Origin: a virus
Lineage: Duplodnaviria > Heunggongvirae > Uroviricota > Caudoviricetes
Reading direction: 5' to 3' (one strand)
DNA length: 64,000 nucleotides
IMG/VR virus record: IMGVR_UViG_3300024265_000032
Shown: piece after piece, positions 47,461 through 57,861 of the stretch
Layout of the letters: each line of letters opens with the position of its first letter
Position numbering within the stretch: position 1 is the stretch's first letter
Position numbers and translations under genes: made by a program
The notes under the pieces: model-generated
Databases searched by the model: none
Told to the model about the DNA's origin: nothing
The model's input: the letters and a program-made list of their open reading frames with translations, nothing else

Positions 47461-47811
47461 ATGGCCTTAATAGGACAAACAATCGCTGAATTTGATTTTT
47501 TCCCAGATGCTCCACCAGCTATTGTTGGTGAACTAGTAACCGGTCAGACGGTAAATATAGAACTTTGGGAGGGGTCGGGTGTCGTCGCTATCGCTTCAAG
47601 TGGTTGTGCGGAGATTAATGCTACTGGTAGATATAGCTGGTCAGTCGGCAGTGGCATAACAACAATGTCTGCGAGTCGTCAGCAATTTCATTGGAGAATG
47701 TCTGATGGAACTAATGAGGACGAGGGTGACTTTGTTCTTATCTCTCACGAAAACCGTGATGGTGGGATGCCATCGGTGAATGATCCTGATTCATATATTG
47801 TACAAAACTAA
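47461..47811 (+). CDS. stand-alone copy of the tail-fibre C-terminal module (VNIELWEG...SSGC..I..TGR..WS)
   Basis: GGAGG RBS; aligns to C-terminus of 47821..50133 and to 50162..50533. Confidence 0.55.
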   Translation: MALIGQTIAEFDFFPDAPPAIVGELVTGQTVNIELWEGSGVVAIASSGCAEINATGRYSWSVGSGITTMSASRQQFHWRMSDGTNEDEGDFVLISHENRDGGMPSVNDPDSYIVQN

Positions 47812-47820
47812 GGAGTGTAA

Positions 47821-50133
47821 ATGTCGGCATCTGGAATATTAAATTCTGATTCTGTCATTTTCTATCATCCATTGGATGATGCGATAGAATTTACACAGAA
47901 TATTATATGGAGCGGCGATGCGTTCTTCGTACCTGGAAAGGTTGGTAACGCCGCATCTCCTATTGTGTCCAGCGACATTACGTTAGGTCCAACACAATTG
48001 GTAGAATCAGGATCAGCCATACAACAATCTAGTCCCATATCCATAACATCGCTGACAGACGAAAAAGCCGTCATAGCCTATTCGAGCAATGCTCCTAGTG
48101 GTGACAACACAGGCAAGGTGCGAGTCGGCGTTTCTAGCGGATTATTCATGATATGGGGTGATCCATATATATATAATCCAGAGAATGATGCTGCCGCCAA
48201 TCGCCAAGGAGATGTGTCAGCACTTGATGATACTCGTTTTATAATTGGGTATACACACAACACCGGCACGCTAGGAAGTTATGCCAGGATAGGCTCTGTT
48301 AGTGGTACGACAGTAACTTTCGGAAGTGAATTTCAATTCGATTCTTCTGTAATTTTCGGGGAATTGAGAACAGTAGCGATAAACGCATCGGGTGCCGTGT
48401 TATTCTACAGAAATCCGACTACTGGCAAACCAATGGGATTAGTCTGCACTATTTCTGGAACTAACATATCATTTGGAACACCATCTCAGTATAGCACAGT
48501 GACACAACCAGTTGGTATATTTAGCGACAGGACTATGGACATAGCTACACTAACTTCTGGTTCTGTTATTGCCATCACTGCTCAGGAAAGACCTGGGAAC
48601 GGTGAGGATATGTCCAAGGTCGGCATCGTAGGTGGTCCTAGCGGCACCGATCTTTTCTGGGGTCCAGGTACTGATCCAGGACCGACAGACCTACCACAAA
48701 TCGACATTGCCGTTATAAATTCTAGCACAGTAATTATGTGTAAAACGGGCCTCGGCTCAGGAAACGCATTGGTTGGGAATATTACAGATGGATCGGGCAT
48801 TTCGTGGGGTACAGAAACACAATATGCGCCTGGCAACATACGGGAGGGAATTGGAACTTCTCTTGGGTCTGGCAACATACTTATCTATTATAGAGATACG
48901 GCATCCAATGCAGGAACAGTTCTCGGCACAGTAATGGGAACAACACTAGCGTTTGGAACTCCAACGTCTTTGCCGAATTTGAAAACACATCTTTTAGATT
49001 TGTCCAGATTCAACACCGCTGGATTTATACTTGTCGGTGCAGATCAAGATGTGTTGGCCGACGACAAGGGAACGGTTTTTTCTTGGAGAGGTGTTCTTGA
49101 TGCATCTGCATCTCTTTCTGGACTCATAGGTGATTCTTCTTATCCATCAATAAGCGGAGCAACACGCATATCGATTGCGTCGTGGAATAACAATCTTACA
49201 CATGATTTTTCTACAGTGAATATAGAAAGAGGCTATCACATATCTATCGATAAGAATAGTATATCTCTAGGAAGTGGCACGGCCCAATGGAATAGTTCTG
49301 GCACATTGTCATTTTTGGAAGATATGAATGACGATAACAGTCATTTTTTGGTTTTGGATTTTGAAAATGTTAGTGGTGGCGATTGGACCTTGCGTACATC
49401 AGTAGATGGACAACCTTTTGTGGGCCATGGAATACAACAGATTGGTTCTCAAAGTGTATTGACAACAGATACTGATCCAAGATTAATCATAGAGAGCGGT
49501 CTTGGTCCATCACAATGGTTGGACGAGCTAGTTTTGTGGGCTGGCGATAAGGATGTGTTGCCTAAGTTTAGGAATTTTCAACTATCGACAATGTACGAGA
49601 TGGGTCAATCTGGATTAGCGATGAATCAGTATCCAGAGTTTTTGGCGTCTGGGTCTATGGATTTATTTCTGTTTGGTCCGCAGCCAGCCACCGGTTCAGC
49701 AGATTTGTTTATGTACGGACCACAGCTTATGAGTGGTTCAATCAATCTATTTTTGCATAGTGTACAATCTGGTGTTGGTATACCAACTAGGATAATCAAT
49801 AAATTAACTAAGGGGCCAGACTACGATCCACAGATTGTAAGTACTTTTGATGCAGTGGCAACGTCTGTTAATATAGAGTTGTGGGACATAACTGACGGCC
49901 AGAATACATCCATTATTCTTATCAGTAGTGGGTGTTATCAAATAGGGTCTACCGATACTTGGGGATGGTCTACTGAGCATCTAAATATTGCCGGTAGTAA
50001 AAATGAATATCAATACTACTATAGGATGGTATCCAACGTAGCAGAATCCCAGTATGGAGAATTTTTCATTACGGTGCCGGAAAAGGCACTATGGTTATTT
50101 CCAGATGATTTAGATACCTTTATACTTTCATAA
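47821..50133 (+). CDS. tail fibre / receptor-binding protein 1 (770 aa)
   Basis: Ser/Gly/Thr/Asn-rich; shares N-terminus MSASGILNS and central domain (SHFLVLDFENVSGG...WLDELVLWAGDKD) with 51123..54074; carries C-terminal copy of shared module. Confidence 0.6.
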   Translation: MSASGILNSDSVIFYHPLDDAIEFTQNIIWSGDAFFVPGKVGNAASPIVSSDITLGPTQLVESGSAIQQSSPISITSLTDEKAVIAYSSNAPSGDNTGKVRVGVSSGLFMIWGDPYIYNPENDAAANRQGDVSALDDTRFIIGYTHNTGTLGSYARIGSVSGTTVTFGSEFQFDSSVIFGELRTVAINASGAVLFYRNPTTGKPMGLVCTISGTNISFGTPSQYSTVTQPVGIFSDRTMDIATLTSGSVIAITAQERPGNGEDMSKVGIVGGPSGTDLFWGPGTDPGPTDLPQIDIAVINSSTVIMCKTGLGSGNALVGNITDGSGISWGTETQYAPGNIREGIGTSLGSGNILIYYRDTASNAGTVLGTVMGTTLAFGTPTSLPNLKTHLLDLSRFNTAGFILVGADQDVLADDKGTVFSWRGVLDASASLSGLIGDSSYPSISGATRISIASWNNNLTHDFSTVNIERGYHISIDKNSISLGSGTAQWNSSGTLSFLEDMNDDNSHFLVLDFENVSGGDWTLRTSVDGQPFVGHGIQQIGSQSVLTTDTDPRLIIESGLGPSQWLDELVLWAGDKDVLPKFRNFQLSTMYEMGQSGLAMNQYPEFLASGSMDLFLFGPQPATGSADLFMYGPQLMSGSINLFLHSVQSGVGIPTRIINKLTKGPDYDPQIVSTFDAVATSVNIELWDITDGQNTSIILISSGCYQIGSTDTWGWSTEHLNIAGSKNEYQYYYRMVSNVAESQYGEFFITVPEKALWLFPDDLDTFILS

Positions 50134-50161
50134 TTGTTTCAAAGAAGGGTCTGGTGTTGCA

Positions 50162-50533
50162 GTGCCAATAAGTTCAGGAACATTAGCGAGACCGTTTGAT
50201 TGGTTGTTGAAAACATCCGACCATAATCCGCAAACTATAGGAACATTCGATTTAGTTGCTAGTAGCGTAAACATAGAAGTTTGGGATGTTACGGATGGAC
50301 AAAATTCAGCCGTATCTTTAGTCAGCAGCGGATGCTACGCCATAGGCAACACCGGGAGATGGGGATGGTCAACAATGAATTTGCCAGCTAGTCAAGGACA
50401 TGCAAAACATTACTATTATGTTATGACTTCTAACTTAATGGAAACGTTCGGCGGACAATTTATCCTAGATTTGCCAGAACGTGCGAAGTGGATTCATCCT
50501 ACTAATCAGGATGATTATATTTTAGGGATATAA
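50162..50533 (+). CDS. second stand-alone copy of fibre C-terminal module
   Basis: VNIEVWDVTDGQNSAVSLVSSGCYAIGNTGRWGWSTMNL vs VNIELWDITDGQNTSIILISSGCYQIGSTDTWGWSTEHL. Confidence 0.55.
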   Translation: MPISSGTLARPFDWLLKTSDHNPQTIGTFDLVASSVNIEVWDVTDGQNSAVSLVSSGCYAIGNTGRWGWSTMNLPASQGHAKHYYYVMTSNLMETFGGQFILDLPERAKWIHPTNQDDYILGI

Positions 50534-50568
50534 GCCACACGAACTGACAAACTATTTAGGGGGCAGCA

Positions 50569-51099
50569 ATGGCTTGGGACACAGATTTAGTTTTGATGGT
50601 TAGAGTTTTGGTCAGCGATATCGCTACGCCTCAGACATACACTGACGAATATCTACAAAGAGTGTTGGTAACGGCTGGTATCATGGCCGATGCAGATATT
50701 GCGTTTCCCAATACTTACGTATACGACATGAGTCTCATCACAATTTCTCCTGATCCTGTCACTCTCAACGATTCGGCGTTCATGTCTTTGGTTCCGCTGA
50801 AGGCTGCTTGCATTCTTACTATTGGTGAATTCAAATCAGCATTAGGCCAGGGAATTAAGGTGCGAGACGGAGACAGTGCCATTGACACAAGTGTCAGCTT
50901 TAAGGGGTACAGAGATATTCTAGAACTCGGACCATGTAAGGCATACGAGAAACTACGATGGGCTCTTTTGGCGTCTGGCGGCGCTGGCAAGGCTGTTTTG
51001 GGACCGTATCGATCACCTGGAGGAAGTGCGGAAAGTACTATCTCATGGTATTATGATCAATTTTTGACAACAAACAGTGGTCGCAGAGATAGATCGTAG
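50569..51099 (+). CDS. tail-associated hypothetical protein (176 aa)
   Basis: GGGGGCAGCA-ATG. Confidence 0.5.
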   Translation: MAWDTDLVLMVRVLVSDIATPQTYTDEYLQRVLVTAGIMADADIAFPNTYVYDMSLITISPDPVTLNDSAFMSLVPLKAACILTIGEFKSALGQGIKVRDGDSAIDTSVSFKGYRDILELGPCKAYEKLRWALLASGGAGKAVLGPYRSPGGSAESTISWYYDQFLTTNSGRRDRS

Positions 51100-51122
51100 A
51101 GTAGAATGAAAGGTATGATGTT

Positions 51123-54074
51123 GTGTCAGCTTCTGGAATATTAAATTCGGGTGCCGTAGTATTCTACCACCCGCTAGATAATTCTACAGAACACACTCTT
51201 TCGCAAGATTGGGTTGGCTCTGCTGAATATGCAACAGGTGAAGTTGGCAATGGTCTATTCGCTAATATAGGAACTACTGTAACCGTTGATAATCCTGTGG
51301 ACATATTGAGTGAAGGCTTTATACCAGCCGGTTTAGCGAATTGTGTTAGGCTTACTGATACAAAGTTCGCTATAGCATATTCAGATACCGTAGATGTAGT
51401 CGGTGTCAGAATTGTCAATATAAGCGGGACAACTCCGACATACGGTACAGAATATCTTTTCACTGCTCCAGATATTCTTAACACACAGATACACGCATTT
51501 TCACCATCATCAGTTATACTTGTACATAGGAGTGGCGATACTCCAACCAATCGTGGATTTATACGACAACTGGACATAGATGGATCGGATATTATTACTT
51601 CCGGAGCCTCGTTCATAATAGGCGAATTTATTGGTAGTTCAATATCTGCTTGTATTATAGATGATACTCGCGCTTTGGTAACATTTGGAGGTACTACAGA
51701 GGGCTACGTCACCATATTTGAATTGTCGGGTGGTGTTTGGACATCTGGCAACATTGAAATAATATCAGATATGCGAACTAGTGATACATGCTTCCTTCTA
51801 AATTCTTCTGGATGTATATTCAACTATAACGATCTTGATACCGATGGTCAGGTTCGAGTAATTCAGTTACCAGTTAGTGGTGTCGATATTACAGCAGTTG
51901 GTGCTTCTTACGAATTTTCTCCCACCTATGGTCTAGGTGGAGCCGCTGGTAGCCACACAAATGGAGGAATGTGCAAACTTACAGATAGTAAGTTTATGAT
52001 TTTCTTCAAAGAGGGCAACAGAGGTAGATTGATGGCCGCTGATGTTGTCGGTAACAACATCACTCTCGGAACTGACGAGGACATTATTTCCTGGTATGGA
52101 CATGGCCAAATCACTAGACTCACCGATGACAAATGTATGGTAATCTACAAAAATCAAGATGCCTTTCCTGTGGTGAGTAATGTTAGAGTTTGTAGTGTTG
52201 CTGGACTAACTGTAACAGTAGGTACTAAGTATATTTTCAGTGACGAAGACCCAGGCGTAACTGATTCGGTTGGTCCTATCAATACAATAGCTGGTATCAA
52301 TCCAGCTAGTGCTTTTGTATTCTACACAGAACATACGGCATCGGAGAGACATGTTAAACTCTTAACCGTCGATACTTCTGATGCGTCACTAATGGGTTCG
52401 GGATATCCGAGCATGAGTGGGTATACTCGTGTAGCTGCCTGTATGTGGGCCAGAAATCTAACCGCTCCAGTTTCGACCGTAAACGTTGAACGTGGCTATA
52501 GTATTCAAATGACATCTGGTTCGATTGTTCTAGGAGGGGCTGCGACTTGGGACGATGGTGACATAACTACTTTGATGGATTCATTGAACGATGATAGTGC
52601 TCATTTTCTTGTTTTGGACTTTGAAAATACAGGTTCAAACTGGAATCTAAAGACATCCGTAGATGGTGTAACCTGGGTGGATCAGGGTAATCAAAATACT
52701 GGATCGTTATCGCCAGTACTGACGGACACATCTGGGGAAGTTTCTATCACTAATCCCGAAGCCGGTCAATGGATAGACGAAGCTGTCTTGTGGGGTGGAG
52801 ACAAGGCTACTCTAGATATATTCACAGACAACGAACTTTTGAGTTTGTTTACGCTAGCGGGTTCTGGTCTTACAATGGCAGAATATACAGCAGTGGAAGG
52901 ACCAGCGCCAGGAGCAACTGAAGTCAACGATAATTTCGATATGTACATATTGAATATGGGGGAAGTGGCGACATCCGGAGACCTTTATGTCGCTGGTCTT
53001 GTTCAGGTCAATGATTCTATTGATTTGTTCATAGAAAGTGTCTCAATAGTAACACTACAAACATCTGGTGATCTGTACATACAAGGTAGTGACGCAACAA
53101 CAGCATCTATAAACTTGTTTATCGCAGGACAAGATAGTATAAGTACATCTGGAGACCTGTTCATAAGAGGTGCAAATATTGTATTACTTTCTGGTGATCT
53201 ATTCATAGAAGGTGTCGACAACGTGTCGGCATCTGGTGACTTATTTTTACAGGGCTTAGATATCATACAAATATCCGGTGACTTATTTGCGAAAGGACAA
53301 GATTTAGTAGCAGCTTCGGGTAATCTATATGTAGCGGGACCAATTTTTACATTCGGTCAAGTCGACTTGTTTATATCGGGAACACCAGTAGTAGTGGATT
53401 CGGAAAGTGGTTCTGTAACCTTATATATCAACGGAATAGATACAACCCAGGCATCGGTAGATTTATTCATATGGAACGATGGTTTACTCTTAGCAAGTGG
53501 AAATTTTGATTTATTCATCAATGGAGAAGTGGCAATATCCGCTGTTGTTTGTCCACCACTGGACGCTACGGCATCTATACAGATAAAGCCTGCGCTGATT
53601 GCTATTTATCAATCTAGAATCGACGCCTTGATCAATCAACTTGGCAAAAATGTTCGTCTTATTTTCGATCCCGTTCTTACTCCTTGTCCGAACTGTTTGT
53701 ATGATGTATTGAGAAAGCGATCCAATGGGATATATCGCACAGGAGGACCAAGGCCGTTCAAGAGAGGTAGAAAATGTCCATACTGCAAAGGCAGAGGATT
53801 GAATGAAACATCGGTCGAGAAGTGTATAAAGTGTTTGTTGAAATGGAATCCTAAAGATGCCGAGAATTACGGCATCTCTATTGGTCAGAAAAAGGGCATC
53901 GTTCGTATGAAAACATTCTTGACTTCAGCAGATGATATGATGCAAGCAAAAACTGCCATAGCGAATTATGATATCAATGCTCAGATGAAGTTGAATGTAA
54001 AATTGATTCGTGGACCAATACCCGTAGGGCTCAGAGAAGACAGATATTGCATTAGTTTTTGGGAGTTACTCTAA
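51123..54074 (+). CDS. tail fibre / receptor-binding protein 2 (983 aa) with ~14 tandem SGDLFI-type repeats and C-terminal 6-Cys Zn cluster
   Basis: paralog of 47821..50133 at N-terminus and centre; repeats TSGDLYVAG/SGDLFIRG/SGDLFIEG/SGDLFLQG... at ~52970-53540; CPNCLYDV..CPYCKGRG..CIKCL. Confidence 0.6.
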   Translation: MSASGILNSGAVVFYHPLDNSTEHTLSQDWVGSAEYATGEVGNGLFANIGTTVTVDNPVDILSEGFIPAGLANCVRLTDTKFAIAYSDTVDVVGVRIVNISGTTPTYGTEYLFTAPDILNTQIHAFSPSSVILVHRSGDTPTNRGFIRQLDIDGSDIITSGASFIIGEFIGSSISACIIDDTRALVTFGGTTEGYVTIFELSGGVWTSGNIEIISDMRTSDTCFLLNSSGCIFNYNDLDTDGQVRVIQLPVSGVDITAVGASYEFSPTYGLGGAAGSHTNGGMCKLTDSKFMIFFKEGNRGRLMAADVVGNNITLGTDEDIISWYGHGQITRLTDDKCMVIYKNQDAFPVVSNVRVCSVAGLTVTVGTKYIFSDEDPGVTDSVGPINTIAGINPASAFVFYTEHTASERHVKLLTVDTSDASLMGSGYPSMSGYTRVAACMWARNLTAPVSTVNVERGYSIQMTSGSIVLGGAATWDDGDITTLMDSLNDDSAHFLVLDFENTGSNWNLKTSVDGVTWVDQGNQNTGSLSPVLTDTSGEVSITNPEAGQWIDEAVLWGGDKATLDIFTDNELLSLFTLAGSGLTMAEYTAVEGPAPGATEVNDNFDMYILNMGEVATSGDLYVAGLVQVNDSIDLFIESVSIVTLQTSGDLYIQGSDATTASINLFIAGQDSISTSGDLFIRGANIVLLSGDLFIEGVDNVSASGDLFLQGLDIIQISGDLFAKGQDLVAASGNLYVAGPIFTFGQVDLFISGTPVVVDSESGSVTLYINGIDTTQASVDLFIWNDGLLLASGNFDLFINGEVAISAVVCPPLDATASIQIKPALIAIYQSRIDALINQLGKNVRLIFDPVLTPCPNCLYDVLRKRSNGIYRTGGPRPFKRGRKCPYCKGRGLNETSVEKCIKCLLKWNPKDAENYGISIGQKKGIVRMKTFLTSADDMMQAKTAIANYDINAQMKLNVKLIRGPIPVGLREDRYCISFWELL

Positions 54075-54772
54075 TGACAAGCGCTAAACTGAAAATACAA
54101 TTTACCCCAAACACCACTGCTCAATTGATTAAGGGTGTCAAAAGCGATGGTTCTAGCGCGTTCGCTAAAGCCGTTGCCATGAAGGGACAAGCTATTGCAA
54201 CCAGTATCTCCAAAATGCTTGTCAAGATTTTCAACAGCAGCGATGTGGCTAAAGCACTTAGAGGACAAGGCGGAACAGATTTGCCAGCACACTTTGGTTT
54301 AACAGATGGTACGGCCAGTGCTTTGGCCAATGGCATGGCGACTCTGGTAGGCCAATCTGTACAGTTCGTAAACAAGAAAGTTGGCAACTCAGTATCTGTC
54401 AGAATACAGGCTGTTAGCGACGACTGGAATGAATATCTTGGTATCCCAGGTGCAGAATACATGTCACGACCATCTAACATAACCATACCAGTAGCGAGAT
54501 GGTTGTTGATTGATCCTACAATAGACATCGGCCAAGCAGCATATGATATTGTTTTTCTGGGAGAAGACAACAAGCTGGATGTTAGAATACAGAAAGTCTC
54601 TCGTAGTGGCCGGGCTATAATGGTGTCGCTAGAGACATTGGGTGGCAGTGGTGGTTATGTTCTGCCGGGTATTGTCTCGGGACGTGGTGGTCAGAATTTC
54701 ATCGAGTATACGCTTGGACAACCAGGGGTTGCGAAAGAAGCTGCAACCATTTTGATAAGTAAGATTGGGTAA
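54059..54772 (+). CDS. tail/baseplate structural protein candidate (237 aa)
   Basis: ORF track; overlaps upstream stop. Confidence 0.5.
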   Translation: MGVTLMTSAKLKIQFTPNTTAQLIKGVKSDGSSAFAKAVAMKGQAIATSISKMLVKIFNSSDVAKALRGQGGTDLPAHFGLTDGTASALANGMATLVGQSVQFVNKKVGNSVSVRIQAVSDDWNEYLGIPGAEYMSRPSNITIPVARWLLIDPTIDIGQAAYDIVFLGEDNKLDVRIQKVSRSGRAIMVSLETLGGSGGYVLPGIVSGRGGQNFIEYTLGQPGVAKEAATILISKIG

Positions 54773-54786
54773 GGGGGCATGTTGTT

Positions 54787-55584
54787 ATGGCACATTCGCA
54801 CATACTAGGCGTTAGACATGATATAAGAAATTCTCTTTTTGAGATCAAACAGGGCCATGTTCCTGGATATTCTTTGGTACACAAATTTGGTCGTAGTGAC
54901 AATGTAGCCAATAATATTTGGTCAATAATTTCTTTGTCACCTGCTTCTGGTGCATTTCCATCGTCGGGAAGTCGAGTTAACATTAGGGCTGGAGGCAATG
55001 CCGAAGATAGTTCTAGTGGTTTAGGAGCACGTTCAATTACCATCATTGGTATCAATACAGATTTGGAAGAAGTAAGTGAAGTCCTTTTTCCTGATGGTGC
55101 AAACGCAAGCGCAATGTCAACAAATACTTTCTGGAGATTGTCAAGAGCTTATCTGGAAACTGTCGGACAATATTCAAATGGCAATATTGGTGACATTGTT
55201 TTGGAGAATTCTGAGGAAATGCTTACAATAACAGCAGGGGAAGGGCAAACACAACACGCAGCATATTCTATTCCTGCTGGCAAAACAGGATTTTTGATCA
55301 CTGTGCATCTGACAATAGATGCTGGAAAAGCTGCTGATGTAAGATTGATGACTAGAGAAAATTTTACAAATGTTACGGCACCTTTTTCTCCAGTGCGGTT
55401 GAGACATTATTGGGATGGAGTCCTTGGGGAAGCAAGTTATAGACCAATGGCTCCAGGCATAGAATTTCCTGCTCTTACTGATATATGGATAGAAGCCAGA
55501 GGTGGTGGACAGAGCACTGAAGTATCTGCGGATTTTGAACTTTTACTGATAGACGATGATCCAGGACATATTCAAACTCTGTAA
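54787..55584 (+). CDS. structural protein candidate (265 aa)
   Basis: ORF track. Confidence 0.5.
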   Translation: MAHSHILGVRHDIRNSLFEIKQGHVPGYSLVHKFGRSDNVANNIWSIISLSPASGAFPSSGSRVNIRAGGNAEDSSSGLGARSITIIGINTDLEEVSEVLFPDGANASAMSTNTFWRLSRAYLETVGQYSNGNIGDIVLENSEEMLTITAGEGQTQHAAYSIPAGKTGFLITVHLTIDAGKAADVRLMTRENFTNVTAPFSPVRLRHYWDGVLGEASYRPMAPGIEFPALTDIWIEARGGGQSTEVSADFELLLIDDDPGHIQTL

Positions 55585-55603
55585 TTGATAAAAGGAAAAT
55601 GAT

Positions 55604-56542
55604 ATGGCACTGACATTCAAAGGAATAAATTCAGGTGGTTTTGGCGGTTACGAGTTAACCGACCAACTCCTGTACAACCTGAAATGGTTCCTTGATTGGA
55701 ACCTATTGCTTCGTGGTGCCTATGGCATCTACGAACGTGGCGATATCAGTTGGGGTGATGAGACAGAAGCCGAGCTACATGTCGTAAACGACGCGCGTTA
55801 TCCATCGGGCAGTATATGGGAAGGTGCAGGACGTGAATGGGTATGGGAGACCAGTGCGACTCTGGCTGGCAGCGGAACCGTCAATCCTTTCCGTCCATCT
55901 GGTGTTTGGATCGATGGCGATTTTTATCCATCTGCTACCTCGACGGGTACCTACGCCCATCACATAGACTATCTCAATGGTAGAGTCATTTTCGACGAGC
56001 CCAGAGGTGCAACCGAACTGGTCCAGGCTGAGTATACTCGCCGATCGGTACACGTTGGATTTGCAGACGAACCAGATTTTCGTTTGCTAATGCTGAATGC
56101 TGTCGATGAATTCATCACTGACTCTTCTGCGTCTAGCGAACCTTCAAGAGAACACCAGCTATGGCTACCAAGCATATTCATAGAGGTGAAAGATGGCAAA
56201 CAGCGTGGTCAGCAATTGGGTGGTGGTCAGATAAAGACCAGATTCGTGACCTTCCACATATTTGCAGACAATCCACAGGACAGAAACTTGCTGATGGATT
56301 GGCTAGATTATCAGAGTCGCAGTACCTTCTGGCTGGCTGATCTCAATCAGATAACGTTCCCATTCGATCAATATGGGGACGTAGTGGCTGGAGTGACGAA
56401 TTGGGTCGATATGCAAACTGCGTATCCCTGGAAGAAAATGAGGGTTATCGATAGCGTCCCGTCCACAATCAATTCTCTGAATTCTCAATTATTCAGAGCC
56501 AGGGTGGTTTTTGAGGTTGAAATCGAGTTTGGGGGCATATAA
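55604..56542 (+). CDS. structural protein candidate (312 aa)
   Basis: AAAGGAAAATGAT-ATG. Confidence 0.5.
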   Translation: MALTFKGINSGGFGGYELTDQLLYNLKWFLDWNLLLRGAYGIYERGDISWGDETEAELHVVNDARYPSGSIWEGAGREWVWETSATLAGSGTVNPFRPSGVWIDGDFYPSATSTGTYAHHIDYLNGRVIFDEPRGATELVQAEYTRRSVHVGFADEPDFRLLMLNAVDEFITDSSASSEPSREHQLWLPSIFIEVKDGKQRGQQLGGGQIKTRFVTFHIFADNPQDRNLLMDWLDYQSRSTFWLADLNQITFPFDQYGDVVAGVTNWVDMQTAYPWKKMRVIDSVPSTINSLNSQLFRARVVFEVEIEFGGI

Positions 56543-56561
56543 TGCCCAAAGTTCACTATGA

Positions 56562-56572
56562 TTGTGTATAAC
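56562..56572 (+). promoter_or_regulatory. TGTGTATAAC promoter-like motif inside inverted repeat ACTATG...CATAGT
   Basis: cactatgattgtgtataacatagtagg. Confidence 0.4.
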
Positions 56573-56630
56573 ATAGTAGGTGGATAGATTCGGGGATAGT
56601 ATCTAGTCAAACGAAAGGTGAGTGATTTGG

Positions 56631-57743
56631 ATGCCCAATAATCGTATTTTTTATGCAATTCAGGCGCTTGGGTTCGCCGCGCATGAGGTTCTGTGTCCTC
56701 TGGACGCACTTAATTTACATGCGGGTTCTGGAACACATCCGTCTGGATTTCTGACGGCACATGGTGTGCAAAGTGTTGGTTTGAATACTACGTTCAACCT
56801 TGAGCAGGTGTTCGAACTAGGCCAATTGGAACTTTACGAGAATATCGAAGGTATTCCCGATATAGAACTGACTGCACAGAAAGTTCTTGACGGATATCCG
56901 TTGCTTTATCACCTCGCAACGCCTGTAGCGACATCTCCCACCCTTGTGGGTCGTTCAAATGAAAGATGTTTTGCTGCTCTCAATATCTATTCGGACGTTT
57001 TCGACAATGCATCTGGTACACCGCTACAGTCGGTGGGTATGTCTGGTATGTATGTCTCTGCGATGACTTACACGCTGAACACAGAAGGGCCTTCAACAGA
57101 AGACCTAACGCTTGTTGGAAACGACAAAGAATGGACCGCTAGTGGTCTAAATCACTTTGTTCCGGTTGTCTTCGACGGCTCTGATGCACCGCAATCCTTG
57201 GCAGCATCTGGTGGAGTGGCCAACCGAGAGAATATCCTAATGACTGCTAATGTCTCGATGGACGCCGCTGGTGTAATAACCGGTGTTAGTGGTAGTCTGT
57301 TTCCAACAGAAATCCAGGGTATCGACGGTAGCGGTCACAACCTAGAATCTGCCGGGTCTTTTCTTGCTCACGTTCAAACAGTCACCATTTCAACCGACCT
57401 TGGTCGTGAGGAATTGTTCGAGTTGGGCCGAAGAGCGCCGTACCATCGCTTTGTGTCGTTTCCGACCGAAGTGACATGTTCCATTGATACGACATCGTCT
57501 GAGGGTGACCTGATTGACGCTCTCGCTGATCCTGTCGGTGGCTCAAACCTTGCAAACCAGAAGATTTTCCTCTGGGTCGAAGAAGGAACACGCATCAACC
57601 TTGGGGCAAAAAATAAGCTGGCGTCCGTCACCTATGGTGGTGGGGATGCTGGTGGAGGTAACGTGGTAGTGTCATATAATTATTCAAACTTTAATTCATT
57701 GAAAGTAACGCACACTGCTGATCCTGCTGGACTTGCTACGTAA
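56631..57743 (+). CDS. tail structural protein (tube/sheath-like candidate; start MPNNRIFYAIQALGF)
   Basis: AAAGGTGAGTGATTTGG-ATG; followed by strong terminator. Confidence 0.5.
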   Translation: MPNNRIFYAIQALGFAAHEVLCPLDALNLHAGSGTHPSGFLTAHGVQSVGLNTTFNLEQVFELGQLELYENIEGIPDIELTAQKVLDGYPLLYHLATPVATSPTLVGRSNERCFAALNIYSDVFDNASGTPLQSVGMSGMYVSAMTYTLNTEGPSTEDLTLVGNDKEWTASGLNHFVPVVFDGSDAPQSLAASGGVANRENILMTANVSMDAAGVITGVSGSLFPTEIQGIDGSGHNLESAGSFLAHVQTVTISTDLGREELFELGRRAPYHRFVSFPTEVTCSIDTTSSEGDLIDALADPVGGSNLANQKIFLWVEEGTRINLGAKNKLASVTYGGGDAGGGNVVVSYNYSNFNSLKVTHTADPAGLAT

Positions 57744-57766
57744 TCAACCGCAGGTGATCCTGTGAC

Positions 57767-57805
57767 CAATCGATCGGAGTGGCCTTTGGGCTGCTCCGAT
57801 TTTTT
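57767..57805 (+). terminator. rho-independent terminator
   Basis: tcggagtggcctttgggctgctccga + tttttttt. Confidence 0.7.
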
Positions 57806-57832
57806 TTCTTTTTATTGGAGCAAACACCGCTC

Positions 57833-57848
57833 TTGGACGTATAATGAT
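57833..57848 (+). promoter_or_regulatory. early-type promoter TTGGACGTATAATGAT
   Basis: ttattggagcaaacaccgctcttggacgtataatgatataggagcaatgtatg. Confidence 0.55.
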
Positions 57849-57861
57849 ATAGGAGCAATGT

